Source of the DNA: an uncultured virus (IMG/VR IMGVR_UViG_3300036716_000812)
Taxonomy: Duplodnaviria > Heunggongvirae > Uroviricota > Caudoviricetes
Direction: 5' to 3' (one strand)
DNA: 64,000 nt
IMG/VR virus record: IMGVR_UViG_3300036716_000812
Numbering within the stretch: the stretch's first letter is position 1; each line of letters begins with the position of its first letter. Both the position numbers and the translations under genes were made by a program. This document shows positions 48,097 through 58,311 of this stretch, in pieces. A model generated the notes under the pieces. It was not told the origin of the DNA and made no database searches. It worked only from the letters and a program-made list of their open reading frames with translations.

Positions 48097-51000
48097 TTAT
48101 TTGTTTGAATCCAAATAAAATACAGTTCTTTTGCCTTCGGCTTTGTATCCATCTGGGAATATAGTAACAAAACTCGGGTCTGTCATGTCTCCGACTTCTA
48201 CCGCAGGAAACAAATCTGCTATTTTTACTTTTAGTTTGTCAAAATCTGGATTTCTATAATCTTGGTTCAATGTGTCTGAATATATTTCAAAGTATTTACT
48301 AGTGTTAGGAATTGTTATGCTTTCACCAGCGGCATCTATATATGTTAAATCTCCAATATTGTTCCAATTTTTTATAGTAAAATCACCATTTTCGACATCT
48401 GTGACATTAATTAATTCGCCATGGTTTTTACTAGTTATCAACTCGTACATTTTTCTAGCCTCGTTGTATTGAGATAGTTTATCACTATTCATCATAGCCC
48501 AATCAGTTGTAACACCAGCATTGTTTATCTTATCTCTTAAACTTCCTGGCATAATAATTTCAGTTGTGTCTAGTGGCAATGCTTGTTTAATCAAAAGAGG
48601 CTGTTTGGCTACTTCTATTGTTTCGTTTGCTTCTACTACTGTAACAAACTCTTTGACTCCCTCAACTTCTAATGTTCTTACCGCAGTTGTAGTTGTGTCT
48701 GACTGATTTAAGAATTTCTGTGCTATTTCATGTTCAACATCCTCTAGTGTTTTTAAATCATCTTTTCTTTGTGAGTTATCAAAATAATAACCATCAAGAT
48801 TTTTATTAAGTTCATCTGCCTCTGTTACTAAGGTATCTAATTCTGAGCCTAACTCTATATTTCGTATTGCACCCGTCAAGTCTCCTCTAATTCCAGAGTT
48901 TGTGTAATTTTCAATAGAATTTATACCATTAACATAGCCCTTAACGTCTTCCCAATCCTTTTCTAGCATACTATCTATTCTTGTTGTAGTTGAGATTTTT
49001 TTTAACATAGCATCATTCATTGCCGTTCTGGATTCTTCATCCATTGTTAGATTTTTTTCTATTAGTTCTTTATCTAACGCATCAGAACTTCTTTGATACC
49101 ATTGTGCCGCTGCCGCCTCATCTATATCAGTATTTTCTAATATTGTATTAATTTCACCTGCTAACATATTAACATCATTTGCTTCGCCTATAGTTAATGT
49201 TTTTTCATTAATTTTTTTAAGTTCAAGTCTTCTCGTATCAGGATTAAATACTCTTTCGCTTGTTACTACCTCATCAACTTTTGCTTTAAACCAATGAGTA
49301 TTTTTCCAGTCATTGTTTGAATTTGGATTATTGATTTGTTCAAGGTATTTCTTTTTTGTCCAGGTATATTCTGGCACACTAGATAGAACTTCTTTAACTT
49401 CTTCATTAACTAAAGATGTCGGAGTAGTTAATATATTATTACTAACAATTGCACCTTGAATCTGATTATTGACTGAGCCGTATGTTCCTGCTTTAATTTC
49501 ATCTAAGATAATATTTGGAGTTCTTTCTCCTGTGTATTTTTCTACCCATGTTTCCACATCTTCTCTGTCATGTCCTGTAATATCTAATGAACCTTGTGCA
49601 ACCGCAACTTGATATGCTGCCACCTCTGGCCGTGTTAATATAAAGTCTGGATTAGTAAGAGGGTCAGCAAGAACATCATTAAGATATTCTTCAACCTTGA
49701 ATCTAGCGGTTGCTGTTCCATAATCTTCAGAAGATAGGCCAGGAACAGTAGCAAGTAAATTGTTTATAGACGCTCGTTGTTGGACACATGCATCGCTTCC
49801 TGGAGTTGCCTTGCATAGGTCTCCTAGTCTTTCTTGGTTAACAAGAAAATTATTAGCGGCTAGCATACGGGCAGAATTATCCGCTAGTGGATTATCGTGT
49901 CGTCCTAAAATTCCATTCGGGTTGTGTGCGTTCGCGGCAAGTGTGTCGTTCAAGTCTGCATCATCGATTTGTGTGTTTACAACTGATGCCAAAGTGTCCT
50001 TGTCAACAAGAAATTTATCAACTGAGTTACCAAGTGAATTCCAAGACCTTTTCACTTTATCTACAAATGTTTCTTCTGGTGGAAGTTCTGGAGATTCATA
50101 CCTGTGTGCCTCATAATCCCATGACTTGTTTGCTTCCATATGGTTATGAAATGCCATATCTACCGCAAGTTGTTGGTCAGCAGAAAGAGGTACCTTTGTT
50201 TTTTCGCCGTCACCCAAATTGCCATATACCTCTATTTCTGTTCCACCGTTTCTAATTTTTGAACCGTCATCTGCCCATCCATCTTTGTCTCCAACCTCTT
50301 CAACTTCTTCTTCAATTGGAACATTAGGAAAAAACTCGGCTGATGGTTCTTTTACCATTGACAGAGTTTGTGTGAATATGCCATTAGAAAAATCACTTAC
50401 AATTGATTTCACTGCGTATAAACTTAAAATCATACTTTCGACAATTACGTTATCATAATTATCCGTGCCTCTTGCTTTTCCGGATTCTATTACTACATAT
50501 GGGAATCCATTTAACTGAGTACTGACCGGTGGGATTATAGTATTAGTTCCGCTATTTCCAAATAAATCTTTTTTCGTTTTGGCTGGCATATATCCTTCTA
50601 TCCAAAATGGGTCACCCTTAATAGTCATGTCTGCATAAAACATACTCAATAGACCACTTTTTGCTTCGTAATATTTTTCTTGGGCGTTTTCAAATACATC
50701 TTTGTCCTTAGCGCCTTGGGATACGAGTTTTGCTTTATCATCTGTGTCTTTAAATATCTTTCGTTGGAATTTAATAGGATTTTGTGCTTGTGCTGTAAGA
50801 ATTGTTCTGAAGTCATCATTAGACATAGTAGTAATATAATCATCACCAAGTTCTTCTGCTAATATTATACCTGGTGTGTTTTCTTCTTTTAATTTTTGAA
50901 ATAATTTCTCAGTTGCATCTTTATATCCGTCTATTTTGTCTCCTAGTACAAGAGTTGCGGCTGTATCTTGAATCTCTGTGTTTATTCGACCTTCTTCAGA

Positions 51001-52791
51001 ACTTAGAAACTCGCTTGCCTCATCACGGGTTTCGCCTAGTTTTTTTATCTTTGTTCTTGATTCTTTGATTTGCTTATTTAATTTTGCTAAATTGTTTCTA
51101 GCCGCCAAAGCATTAAAGTCGCCAATCATCTCATAAGTCTTGTTTGGTCCTCTACCGCCTCCAAATGCCCCAGAATTTTGTGTTCCTGGTTCTGATATTT
51201 TGAAATGTGTGATTAGTTCTTCAAACGACATATCGCCAAACTTTGATTCAAAATCTTCTTCAACCTCAAACTTTGTCTTTTTTTCATCGCTAAGTCCACC
51301 TATTGCTTCGAGTATTTTATCTTTATAAGTGCCTGAGTTCGTCTTGAGTGCGTTCTTGTATTTCGTCCAGTTCTGTTCTTCAGCAACATAAGCCGCGTTT
51401 GCCTCTTTAAATGCCTCTGTTGCCGCATTAATGGCCTGGTTGTGTGCTTCGGTCCTTTTCTTGCCGTCCTCTGTGTCTTGCATGAAGTCAACATTTTTCC
51501 AAGAGTCAGTAGGTTCCAAATACACCTTTGTCAATTCTGCTTGTAATGAAATATTGAAATCTAACACTTGGTCATTATTTCCAGTGAACAGATAATCGTA
51601 TTTTTTATGAACGTGTCCATCTTCAAATATTTCTACTGTATTCGATTTGTTGTTTTTTATCTTTACGAAATGGTCAGTCATATTCTGTTGAATCAGTTTT
51701 TTCTGATAATCTATGTGATATATAACCTTATATGATTGGACTCCTTTAATTGGATTAAATCCGTCTGGCTTTAATTCTAAATGAGGAGTAATTTGAAGTA
51801 CTTTGGTATATCCCGGCGTATCATCAGTCAATTCTTTTCTCAAATCATCAGCGTGTAGACATATCTCCTCTATCTCCTGATATATGCTTTGTCCTGGCAT
51901 CATTGTCCCAATTGGCTCAGCATTATTTTTACCCACCAAATTCATATTTTTCTGCTTTTCGGTTGATGTAAACAATGTTTTGTCCTTGTCAATTGGACTT
52001 GCTCCAAAGGCCTCTTTAAACTGGTCAGAAAGCACAATACTGTACTCGTTTTTTAACTCTTCAGCGAGGTATTGATTTTCATTTTTAATCATTTGGTTAA
52101 GAGATGTTTGAAATGCTTCGAGCGTTTCAGATAAATTGCCATCTATAAGATACTCAAAATTAAATTCCACCCTAGATATATGGCTATCCATTACGGCTTC
52201 ATCCATTGCGGCTTGTCCTGTTAGGACCGTGGTTGTTCCTCTAGCATCAGTAGATGTACTTACATTGTTATAATTTCTGAGTTTGAATGGGAATACTTTT
52301 GTTTGTGGCAATTTTTCTTGTACTTTGCCATTTTCTTTATCACCTAGAAGATTTATCTTTATAAAGTATACTGCTTCTGAAATAGATTTAAATCCACACA
52401 ACGCTATCGCATTTTGAATCGAATCTGCTAAACTTGTGTTTCCAACTTGAGTACACGTAAACTCAAGTTTATCTGCCGTTCCAGCAACCCTACTGTAATT
52501 TGAATTTCCAGAACCAACAGACTCTATAGATAAATTTGTTATATTAAATTCTGTAGTGTATCCTGTTTTTGCAATTGTTACATATTTCGTGTCTAAAGAC
52601 GGCCACTCATCATTAACAATCTGTTTAATCATGGATGTTTCTGCTGCCTGAAATCTTGCTGTTTCGGTTTTGTCAACAACGAACCATTCTAGCGAATATG
52701 TATAACTATGATAGTCATCAAGCGGATTGGGTATAAACCCACTCTCATACTCTTTTATTAAACTTCTTAAGTTGCCTGCGTTGCCTATCAT
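48097..52791 (-). CDS. Baseplate hub/tail protein (gp27-like N-terminal half with a long extension)
   Basis: PNPLDDYHSYTY, YDYLFTGNNDQVLDFNI, MTIKGDPFWI, LYAV..IVSDFSNGIFTQTL; lies between the gp53-like and gp5-like genes. Confidence 0.6.
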   Translation of the reverse strand: MIGNAGNLRSLIKEYESGFIPNPLDDYHSYTYSLEWFVVDKTETARFQAAETSMIKQIVNDEWPSLDTKYVTIAKTGYTTEFNITNLSIESVGSGNSNYSRVAGTADKLEFTCTQVGNTSLADSIQNAIALCGFKSISEAVYFIKINLLGDKENGKVQEKLPQTKVFPFKLRNYNNVSTSTDARGTTTVLTGQAAMDEAVMDSHISRVEFNFEYLIDGNLSETLEAFQTSLNQMIKNENQYLAEELKNEYSIVLSDQFKEAFGASPIDKDKTLFTSTEKQKNMNLVGKNNAEPIGTMMPGQSIYQEIEEICLHADDLRKELTDDTPGYTKVLQITPHLELKPDGFNPIKGVQSYKVIYHIDYQKKLIQQNMTDHFVKIKNNKSNTVEIFEDGHVHKKYDYLFTGNNDQVLDFNISLQAELTKVYLEPTDSWKNVDFMQDTEDGKKRTEAHNQAINAATEAFKEANAAYVAEEQNWTKYKNALKTNSGTYKDKILEAIGGLSDEKKTKFEVEEDFESKFGDMSFEELITHFKISEPGTQNSGAFGGGRGPNKTYEMIGDFNALAARNNLAKLNKQIKESRTKIKKLGETRDEASEFLSSEEGRINTEIQDTAATLVLGDKIDGYKDATEKLFQKLKEENTPGIILAEELGDDYITTMSNDDFRTILTAQAQNPIKFQRKIFKDTDDKAKLVSQGAKDKDVFENAQEKYYEAKSGLLSMFYADMTIKGDPFWIEGYMPAKTKKDLFGNSGTNTIIPPVSTQLNGFPYVVIESGKARGTDNYDNVIVESMILSLYAVKSIVSDFSNGIFTQTLSMVKEPSAEFFPNVPIEEEVEEVGDKDGWADDGSKIRNGGTEIEVYGNLGDGEKTKVPLSADQQLAVDMAFHNHMEANKSWDYEAHRYESPELPPEETFVDKVKRSWNSLGNSVDKFLVDKDTLASVVNTQIDDADLNDTLAANAHNPNGILGRHDNPLADNSARMLAANNFLVNQERLGDLCKATPGSDACVQQRASINNLLATVPGLSSEDYGTATARFKVEEYLNDVLADPLTNPDFILTRPEVAAYQVAVAQGSLDITGHDREDVETWVEKYTGERTPNIILDEIKAGTYGSVNNQIQGAIVSNNILTTPTSLVNEEVKEVLSSVPEYTWTKKKYLEQINNPNSNNDWKNTHWFKAKVDEVVTSERVFNPDTRRLELKKINEKTLTIGEANDVNMLAGEINTILENTDIDEAAAAQWYQRSSDALDKELIEKNLTMDEESRTAMNDAMLKKISTTTRIDSMLEKDWEDVKGYVNGINSIENYTNSGIRGDLTGAIRNIELGSELDTLVTEADELNKNLDGYYFDNSQRKDDLKTLEDVEHEIAQKFLNQSDTTTTAVRTLEVEGVKEFVTVVEANETIEVAKQPLLIKQALPLDTTEIIMPGSLRDKINNAGVTTDWAMMNSDKLSQYNEARKMYELITSKNHGELINVTDVENGDFTIKNWNNIGDLTYIDAAGESITIPNTSKYFEIYSDTLNQDYRNPDFDKLKVKIADLFPAVEVGDMTDPSFVTIFPDGYKAEGKRTVFYLDSNK

Positions 52792-52794
52792 TGC

Positions 52795-53085
52795 TTACAC
52801 CATGTTACTAATGTTGTCTATATTTGGAATTCTAATTTTAGTTCCTGCAGAAAAATCTCTAATAGGGTCAACTATATTATTAGGATTTCTGGCAGCAAAT
52901 ATCCACCAATACTTTGCAGTACCATACATCTCATAACTGCATAAATCCGGACGCTCATCAAACTCTGCTGGAATTGTGTATTCAATATCATATGGGTCAG
53001 GATACAAGTTTCTGAATGTGATTACATCTAATATCGTATTATCAATTATATTTGTTTTACTCCATGGGGAATTTTTCTTATACAT
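52795..53085 (-). CDS. Baseplate wedge protein, gp53/LysM-like
   Basis: ERPDLCSYEMYGTAKYWWIFAARNP..DP..F..G..IRIP. Confidence 0.8.
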   Translation of the reverse strand: MYKKNSPWSKTNIIDNTILDVITFRNLYPDPYDIEYTIPAEFDERPDLCSYEMYGTAKYWWIFAARNPNNIVDPIRDFSAGTKIRIPNIDNISNMV

Positions 53086-53701
53086 AGCCTTGGTCCTTTA
53101 ATTTTCCTGCGAGATAATCTTTAACACTGAAATTTTCTCTTATACTCTTAGGTGAATATGTAACACTTAGTGATATAACAAACGTATTCATGACTGGAAC
53201 TCTTACAGTTTTATCTGAGTTGGTGTAACCTGTCTCTACATAATCTATATCTGAGTCTAGGTTCCAAGTAAAGTCACGAATAACACAAGGTACATTTTCA
53301 TATATTCCGTGTGCGTTAAATCTCAATATCGGTGGTGGCTGACCAGGATTATCATCATTTGCCCATTCCATTTTCATTGTACTTCTAAGCCAAAGCGCCG
53401 CATTATTGACATATTCGGCTTCTGCTTCACTTCTTACAAGCATTGGAGCAGTGATGTTGAGGTCCATATTTGCGTGACTTTGAAACGCTCTTTGTTGAAA
53501 GTTGCTGTGGTCGAAACTATACTCGTTATAATTTGCAGTTTGAATAACCGAAATCGTAGGAGTAAACGGAAAGTTAAGTCTTGTGTTGCCCACTCCGTAT
53601 TGGTTTCTTGGACCTTCAAACTCATTAGTCAAGATATTGTTAAATCTACCACTAGGGTCTTCTAAATACACTGGTTGTTTTGTATAATATGGGGTTGCCA
53701 T
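53078..53701 (-). CDS. Tail tube initiator / baseplate tube cap (gp48/gp54-like)
   Basis: FPFTPTI..ANY, GQPPPILRFNAHG..NVPCVI..DIDY. Confidence 0.7.
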   Translation of the reverse strand: MATPYYTKQPVYLEDPSGRFNNILTNEFEGPRNQYGVGNTRLNFPFTPTISVIQTANYNEYSFDHSNFQQRAFQSHANMDLNITAPMLVRSEAEAEYVNNAALWLRSTMKMEWANDDNPGQPPPILRFNAHGIYENVPCVIRDFTWNLDSDIDYVETGYTNSDKTVRVPVMNTFVISLSVTYSPKSIRENFSVKDYLAGKLKDQGYV

Positions 53702-53728
53702 AACATTACTCCTAAATCATTATAACAG

Positions 53729-53736
53729 TATTTATC
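53729..53736 (-). promoter_or_regulatory. Putative late promoter (GATAAATA)
   Basis: Octamer ~28 nt upstream of the gp48-like start. Confidence 0.6.
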
Positions 53737-53796
53737 GTTGTATTATATGCGAACTTTTTAAAATTTACTATTTTTTTCTATATATAGTGTATTAGC

Positions 53797-53828
53797 ACTT
53801 GACAACCGTCAAGTTTTTATGTTATAAT
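53797..53828 (+). promoter_or_regulatory. Sigma70 promoter (TTGACA-18-TATAAT) for the sigma/gp47/gp46 operon, with a palindrome over -35
   Basis: ACTTGAC-AACC-GTCAAGT inverted repeat; TGTTATAAT extended -10. Confidence 0.75.
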
Positions 53829-53854
53829 TGGTATTAAATTAGGAGAAATATACT

Positions 53855-54724
53855 ATGGCAAGACGACAAAACTATTTAAATAACAAAGATATGTTGAAAC
53901 AAATACATATTTCTAAGTCAAACTATTCTTGGTTCGAAGATAGAGACAAACACCACCAGCATGATATTATTCTGTATTCAACTAAAGAAATTGCTGATTC
54001 TGTGGAACAAGCAAGACAAAATAAAGCAAAACGCTTACAAAAATTGGCTTGGGATGCGAATGATGACAAGAAATTAAAGCAAGTAGATTTTGAAGTTGAC
54101 CCTACTTCTTTCACCGAAGACGAAATTGTCTTTCGTGTGATGACATTCGAACATATTCCAGATGAACCTGGACGTAAAGCAAATCCTAAAACTGTCGCTG
54201 ACCATAAAGTAAAATTGCCATTTCCTTCATTCAAGCACTATACATTTGTAGATGGAAAACTTAACGAAGTAGGAATATCGCATCATAATAAAGAGAAAGA
54301 ATTTGATTTAAGTGCTGGTAAAATTACCGCGGTATTGGCAACGATGTATATCAAACTAGTAGAAAGATACTCTCAGAGGTCAAACTGGCGAGGATACACA
54401 TACATTGATGAAATGAGAGGACAAGCATTGCTCCAATTAGCACAAATTGGACTACAATTTAATGAAGATAAGAGTGATAATCCATTTGCTTACTACACAA
54501 CAGTAGTGAATAATTCATTCACTCGTGTTCTTAACATAGAAAAGAAAAATCAAGGCATACGTGATGACTTGCTCGAAAAAGCAGGACAGGCGCCAAGTTG
54601 GACAAGACAATTGGCACACGAAATGAAATCTCAGGAGCGTTGGCAGAAAGTCGTCAAAACAAAAATTACAGACGATGCTATTCCAACAGAAACCATTAAA
54701 GAGATTTATGCCGACAATGACTAA
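53855..54724 (+). CDS. Late-transcription sigma factor (T4 gp55-like)
   Basis: NYLNNKDML, RSNWRGYTYIDEM, FNEDKSDNPFAYYT..NSFTR..IEKKNQ; synteny with gp47/gp46. Confidence 0.85.
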   Translation: MARRQNYLNNKDMLKQIHISKSNYSWFEDRDKHHQHDIILYSTKEIADSVEQARQNKAKRLQKLAWDANDDKKLKQVDFEVDPTSFTEDEIVFRVMTFEHIPDEPGRKANPKTVADHKVKLPFPSFKHYTFVDGKLNEVGISHHNKEKEFDLSAGKITAVLATMYIKLVERYSQRSNWRGYTYIDEMRGQALLQLAQIGLQFNEDKSDNPFAYYTTVVNNSFTRVLNIEKKNQGIRDDLLEKAGQAPSWTRQLAHEMKSQERWQKVVKTKITDDAIPTETIKEIYADND

Positions 54725-55736
54725 TAATCTATTCAAAAAAGCCGCATGTTTTACAGATATCCATTGGGGTATGAAGAACAATGCGAAACAACACAACGAA
54801 GATTGTTTAGATTTCGTTGATTGGTTTATCGAGGACGCCAAGAAAAGAGATTGCGAAACTTGTATATTCTTAGGAGACTGGCATCACAACAGGTCAAGTC
54901 TAAACATATCAACAATGAAATACAGTCTTGCTGGTCTACGTAGACTAAGCAAAGCATTCGAAAAAGTTTATGTTATTTTAGGTAACCACGATTTGTTTTA
55001 CCGCGAAACACGTGATGTAAACTCAATGGAATTTATTGATGATTTACCTAATGTAGTGCTAGTAAGAGATACACTCATTGAAGGTGATGTCGGTATTGTA
55101 CCATGGTTAGTCGGTGATGAATGGAAGAAGGTTCCTAAGATAAAGACAAAATACATCTTTAGTCATTTAGAGTTACCTACATTTAAACTCAATGCAATGA
55201 TTGAAATGCCTGACCATGGTGGTCTTAAAGGCAGTATGTTTAAGAACCAAGATTATGTGTTCACTGGACACTTTCATCAACGTCAAGTAAAAGGCAATGT
55301 AATTTATATCGGTAATGCGTTCCCTCATAACTTCTCAGACAACTGGGATGATGACCGAGGTTGGATGTTCTTAGAGTGGGATAAAGAACCAGAGTTCTTT
55401 ACTTGGAAAGATGCACCAAAATACAGAACGATTGCGTTATCAAAACTATTAGATAATCCAGACAAGTTTTTAGTACCAAAAACAACAGTAAAGATAACAC
55501 TAGATATAGATATTTCTTACGAAGAAGCAAATTTTATTAAGGATACATTTGTAGAAACATATAAGTTACGAGATGTAACATTAGTGCCAGTCAAAAGTGA
55601 TGAACACGAAAATGATACTGGTGCTGAAATACATTTCGAAACAATAGATGAAATTGTGGTATCACAGTTAGCATCACTAGACGATAACGGCAGTTTCGAT
55701 AAAAATATACTTATTGAAATATACAATAACTTATGA
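54717..55736 (+). CDS. Recombination endonuclease (T4 gp47 / Mre11 / SbcD-like)
   Basis: DIHWG, LGDWHH, GNHD, SH and GHFH metallophosphoesterase motifs; start could be 54708 or 54717. Confidence 0.92.
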   Translation: MTNNLFKKAACFTDIHWGMKNNAKQHNEDCLDFVDWFIEDAKKRDCETCIFLGDWHHNRSSLNISTMKYSLAGLRRLSKAFEKVYVILGNHDLFYRETRDVNSMEFIDDLPNVVLVRDTLIEGDVGIVPWLVGDEWKKVPKIKTKYIFSHLELPTFKLNAMIEMPDHGGLKGSMFKNQDYVFTGHFHQRQVKGNVIYIGNAFPHNFSDNWDDDRGWMFLEWDKEPEFFTWKDAPKYRTIALSKLLDNPDKFLVPKTTVKITLDIDISYEEANFIKDTFVETYKLRDVTLVPVKSDEHENDTGAEIHFETIDEIVVSQLASLDDNGSFDKNILIEIYNNL

Positions 55737-56329
55737 GAAAGATACTAATTACAGGAAGTCGTAACTACGGCTTGTGTGAGGCTGTTTGTAATCTGTTTGA
55801 TACTATGACTAATATCGAATATGAAACAGCCAGCAGAAGTAATGGCTACCACCTAGACACAAGTGAAGGTCAGAAAAAATTGGCAGAGAAATACATCGAA
55901 GGCAACTTTGATATTTTCATAAACAATTCTGCAATATGGAAGTTTCAACAAGTTATGGTAGTTGAGGCTGTATATAATGCTATGGAAGAAGCGAATAGAA
56001 AAGGACATATAATAAGTATAGGTTCAACTGCTGATACTGGAGTAAAAGGAAGAACTTGGAGATATCCAACAGAAAAGAAAGCACTCAAGGCTTACAACAG
56101 AGACTTAACTTATAAAGCAATGGGTGGCAGTAATATTAAAACAACACTAATTTCACCAGGAAGTTTAACAACAACAAGTGTAATGAAAAAACATCCTGAT
56201 AGAAAACTGATTGATGTCGAATATATAGCAGAGTTAGTCGTATGGGCAATCAATCAACCAGAGTACATCAATGTCAACGAATTGTCGATTGACCCTATAC
56301 AATTAGGAACTTACGCAAGAGAGGTATAA
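55733..56329 (+). CDS. Short-chain dehydrogenase/reductase
   Basis: ILITGSRNYGL, INNSA, SIGS, YPTEK (YxxxK), ISPG. Confidence 0.8.
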   Translation: MRKILITGSRNYGLCEAVCNLFDTMTNIEYETASRSNGYHLDTSEGQKKLAEKYIEGNFDIFINNSAIWKFQQVMVVEAVYNAMEEANRKGHIISIGSTADTGVKGRTWRYPTEKKALKAYNRDLTYKAMGGSNIKTTLISPGSLTTTSVMKKHPDRKLIDVEYIAELVVWAINQPEYINVNELSIDPIQLGTYAREV

Positions 56330-56331
56330 GT

Positions 56332-58122
56332 TTGTTAGTAATTAAGAATATAACAATAAGAAATTTTATGAGTGTGGGTAACGTAACCCAGGCAGTGACA
56401 TTAAACCAAGACGAACTAACTTTAGTTTTGGGTAATAATATCGATTTAGGTGGAGATGGTTCTCGTAACGGAACTGGTAAGACCACTTTAATCAATGCGT
56501 TATCGTATGGTTTATATGGTAAAGCACTCACAAACATCAAACAGAACAATCTAATCAACAAAACCAATGGCAAAGGCATGATGGTCACCGTTGATTTCGC
56601 ATACAACGGAAATGATTACCGCATTGAACGTGGTCGTTCACCGAATGTATTTCATTTCTTAAGAGATGGCATGGAACTTGGTGATAATGATGTAGAGAAT
56701 GCTGGTCAAGGTGAAATGCGAATGACCCAATTTGAAGTAGAGAATATTATTGGTCTTTCTCACTCAATGTTCAAACACATTGTTGCGTTGAACACATACA
56801 CTGAGCCTTTCTTGTCCTTAAAAGCAGGTGACCAACGTGAACTTATTGAAGAACTTCTAGGAATTACAGAACTCTCTCGTAAAGCAGAAGCACTCAAAGA
56901 GATTTCAAAGAACACAAAAGAACAAATCAAAGAAGAAGAATATTCACTTAAGGGTAAAGAAGCCACAAATGCTCGTATTCTAAAAAGTATTAAAGATATC
57001 GAACGTAGACAGAAAGTCTGGAGTAACAAGCAACAAACAGACTTAGAAACATTAGAGTCCGCACTCGATTCATTGTCTCATGTAGACATTAAGAATGAAC
57101 TAGAGCAACATGCTTTACTTGTAACATACAATGAAAACTTATCTGCTAAGAACCAGGCAACATCTTGGATTAAAAACATTGAAACAGATAACACAAAACA
57201 GTCTAAACTCATTGAACGTTTGAATGGTGAAATAAAACTCATTGAAGAACATAAATGTCACGCTTGTGGTCAAGAAATCCATGATGACAAACAAGGCGAA
57301 ATAATGACAAACAAAAATTCACAGAAGACCGAAGCAGTAGAACAACTCGCTACTAATGAAACTTCATTAACAGAACACAATACTCTAATCGAAAGTATTG
57401 GAGATATTGGCGACAAACCTGTTACATTTTACTCTACACTATCTGATGCCTATGAACATCAAAATTCTGTAGAAAAGTTAGCAGAACAAATTGAAACGAA
57501 TAAAAATACCGAAGACCCATACGCAGAACAAATAGCAGATATGCGTGATAGTGCCCTAGAAGAAATAGACTATGGACACATGAATTCATTGGTTTCTTTA
57601 CAGGAACACCAAGAATTCTTATTGAAACTACTAACTAATAAAGATAGTTTTATTCGTAAAAAGATTATAGACCAGAACTTAAGTTACTTAAATTCTCGCC
57701 TAGCATATTACTTAGATAAGTTGGGATTACCACATGATGTTGTATTCCAGAGCGATTTAACAGTAGAAATTACTGAATTAGGTCGTGATTTAGACTTTGA
57801 TAACCTAAGTAGAGGCGAAAGAAACAGACTTATTTTAGGTTTAAGTTGGAGTTTTCGTGACATATTCGAGTCATTATACAGCACAATTAACGTGTTATTT
57901 GTTGATGAATTGATAGATAGCGGAATGGACACCAATGGTGTAGAGTCGTCACTTGCTGTTCTTAAGAAAATGGCAAGAGATGGAAATAGAAGTGTGTATT
58001 TGATTTCACACAAAGACGAATTGCAAGGGCGTGTAGAAAGTGTCCTTAATGTAATAAAAGAAAATGGTTTCACAAGTTTTTCCCATGAAGAGGAAAGCGC
58101 CATGTATAAAACACAGGAGTAA
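56332..58122 (+). CDS. Recombination ATPase (T4 gp46 / Rad50 / SbcC-like)
   Basis: NFMSVG, Walker A NGTGKTT, zinc hook CHAC, signature LSRGE, Walker B LFVDE, ISH. Confidence 0.92.
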   Translation: MLVIKNITIRNFMSVGNVTQAVTLNQDELTLVLGNNIDLGGDGSRNGTGKTTLINALSYGLYGKALTNIKQNNLINKTNGKGMMVTVDFAYNGNDYRIERGRSPNVFHFLRDGMELGDNDVENAGQGEMRMTQFEVENIIGLSHSMFKHIVALNTYTEPFLSLKAGDQRELIEELLGITELSRKAEALKEISKNTKEQIKEEEYSLKGKEATNARILKSIKDIERRQKVWSNKQQTDLETLESALDSLSHVDIKNELEQHALLVTYNENLSAKNQATSWIKNIETDNTKQSKLIERLNGEIKLIEEHKCHACGQEIHDDKQGEIMTNKNSQKTEAVEQLATNETSLTEHNTLIESIGDIGDKPVTFYSTLSDAYEHQNSVEKLAEQIETNKNTEDPYAEQIADMRDSALEEIDYGHMNSLVSLQEHQEFLLKLLTNKDSFIRKKIIDQNLSYLNSRLAYYLDKLGLPHDVVFQSDLTVEITELGRDLDFDNLSRGERNRLILGLSWSFRDIFESLYSTINVLFVDELIDSGMDTNGVESSLAVLKKMARDGNRSVYLISHKDELQGRVESVLNVIKENGFTSFSHEEESAMYKTQE

Positions 58123-58125
58123 CAT

Positions 58126-58302
58126 ATGAGTACTAACGCAGAAATCGTAGAAGCAATGGAAACTTATCTAGCGGAAAATGCCAAGTTTGAAGAAAAGGGT
58201 GTTAAAGCATCTGCGGCTCGTGCCAGAAAAGCACTAGGCGATATTGGAAAACTTTCAAAGGTTCGTAGAAAAGAAATCCAAGACAAAAAGAACAACATGT
58301 AA
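58126..58302 (+). CDS. Small basic histone H1-like (Hc1-family) protein, 58 aa, absent from the ORF track
   Basis: MSTNAEIVEAMETYLAENAKFEEKGVKASAARARKALGDIGKLSKVRRKEIQDKKNNM; AGGAG RBS. Confidence 0.75.
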   Translation: MSTNAEIVEAMETYLAENAKFEEKGVKASAARARKALGDIGKLSKVRRKEIQDKKNNM

Positions 58303-58311
58303 GTAATTTGT

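Noticed and set aside
964..58103. Many 60-155 aa ORFs antisense or out of frame within long genes
   Set aside because: Shadow ORFs of the real genes with no motifs or RBS
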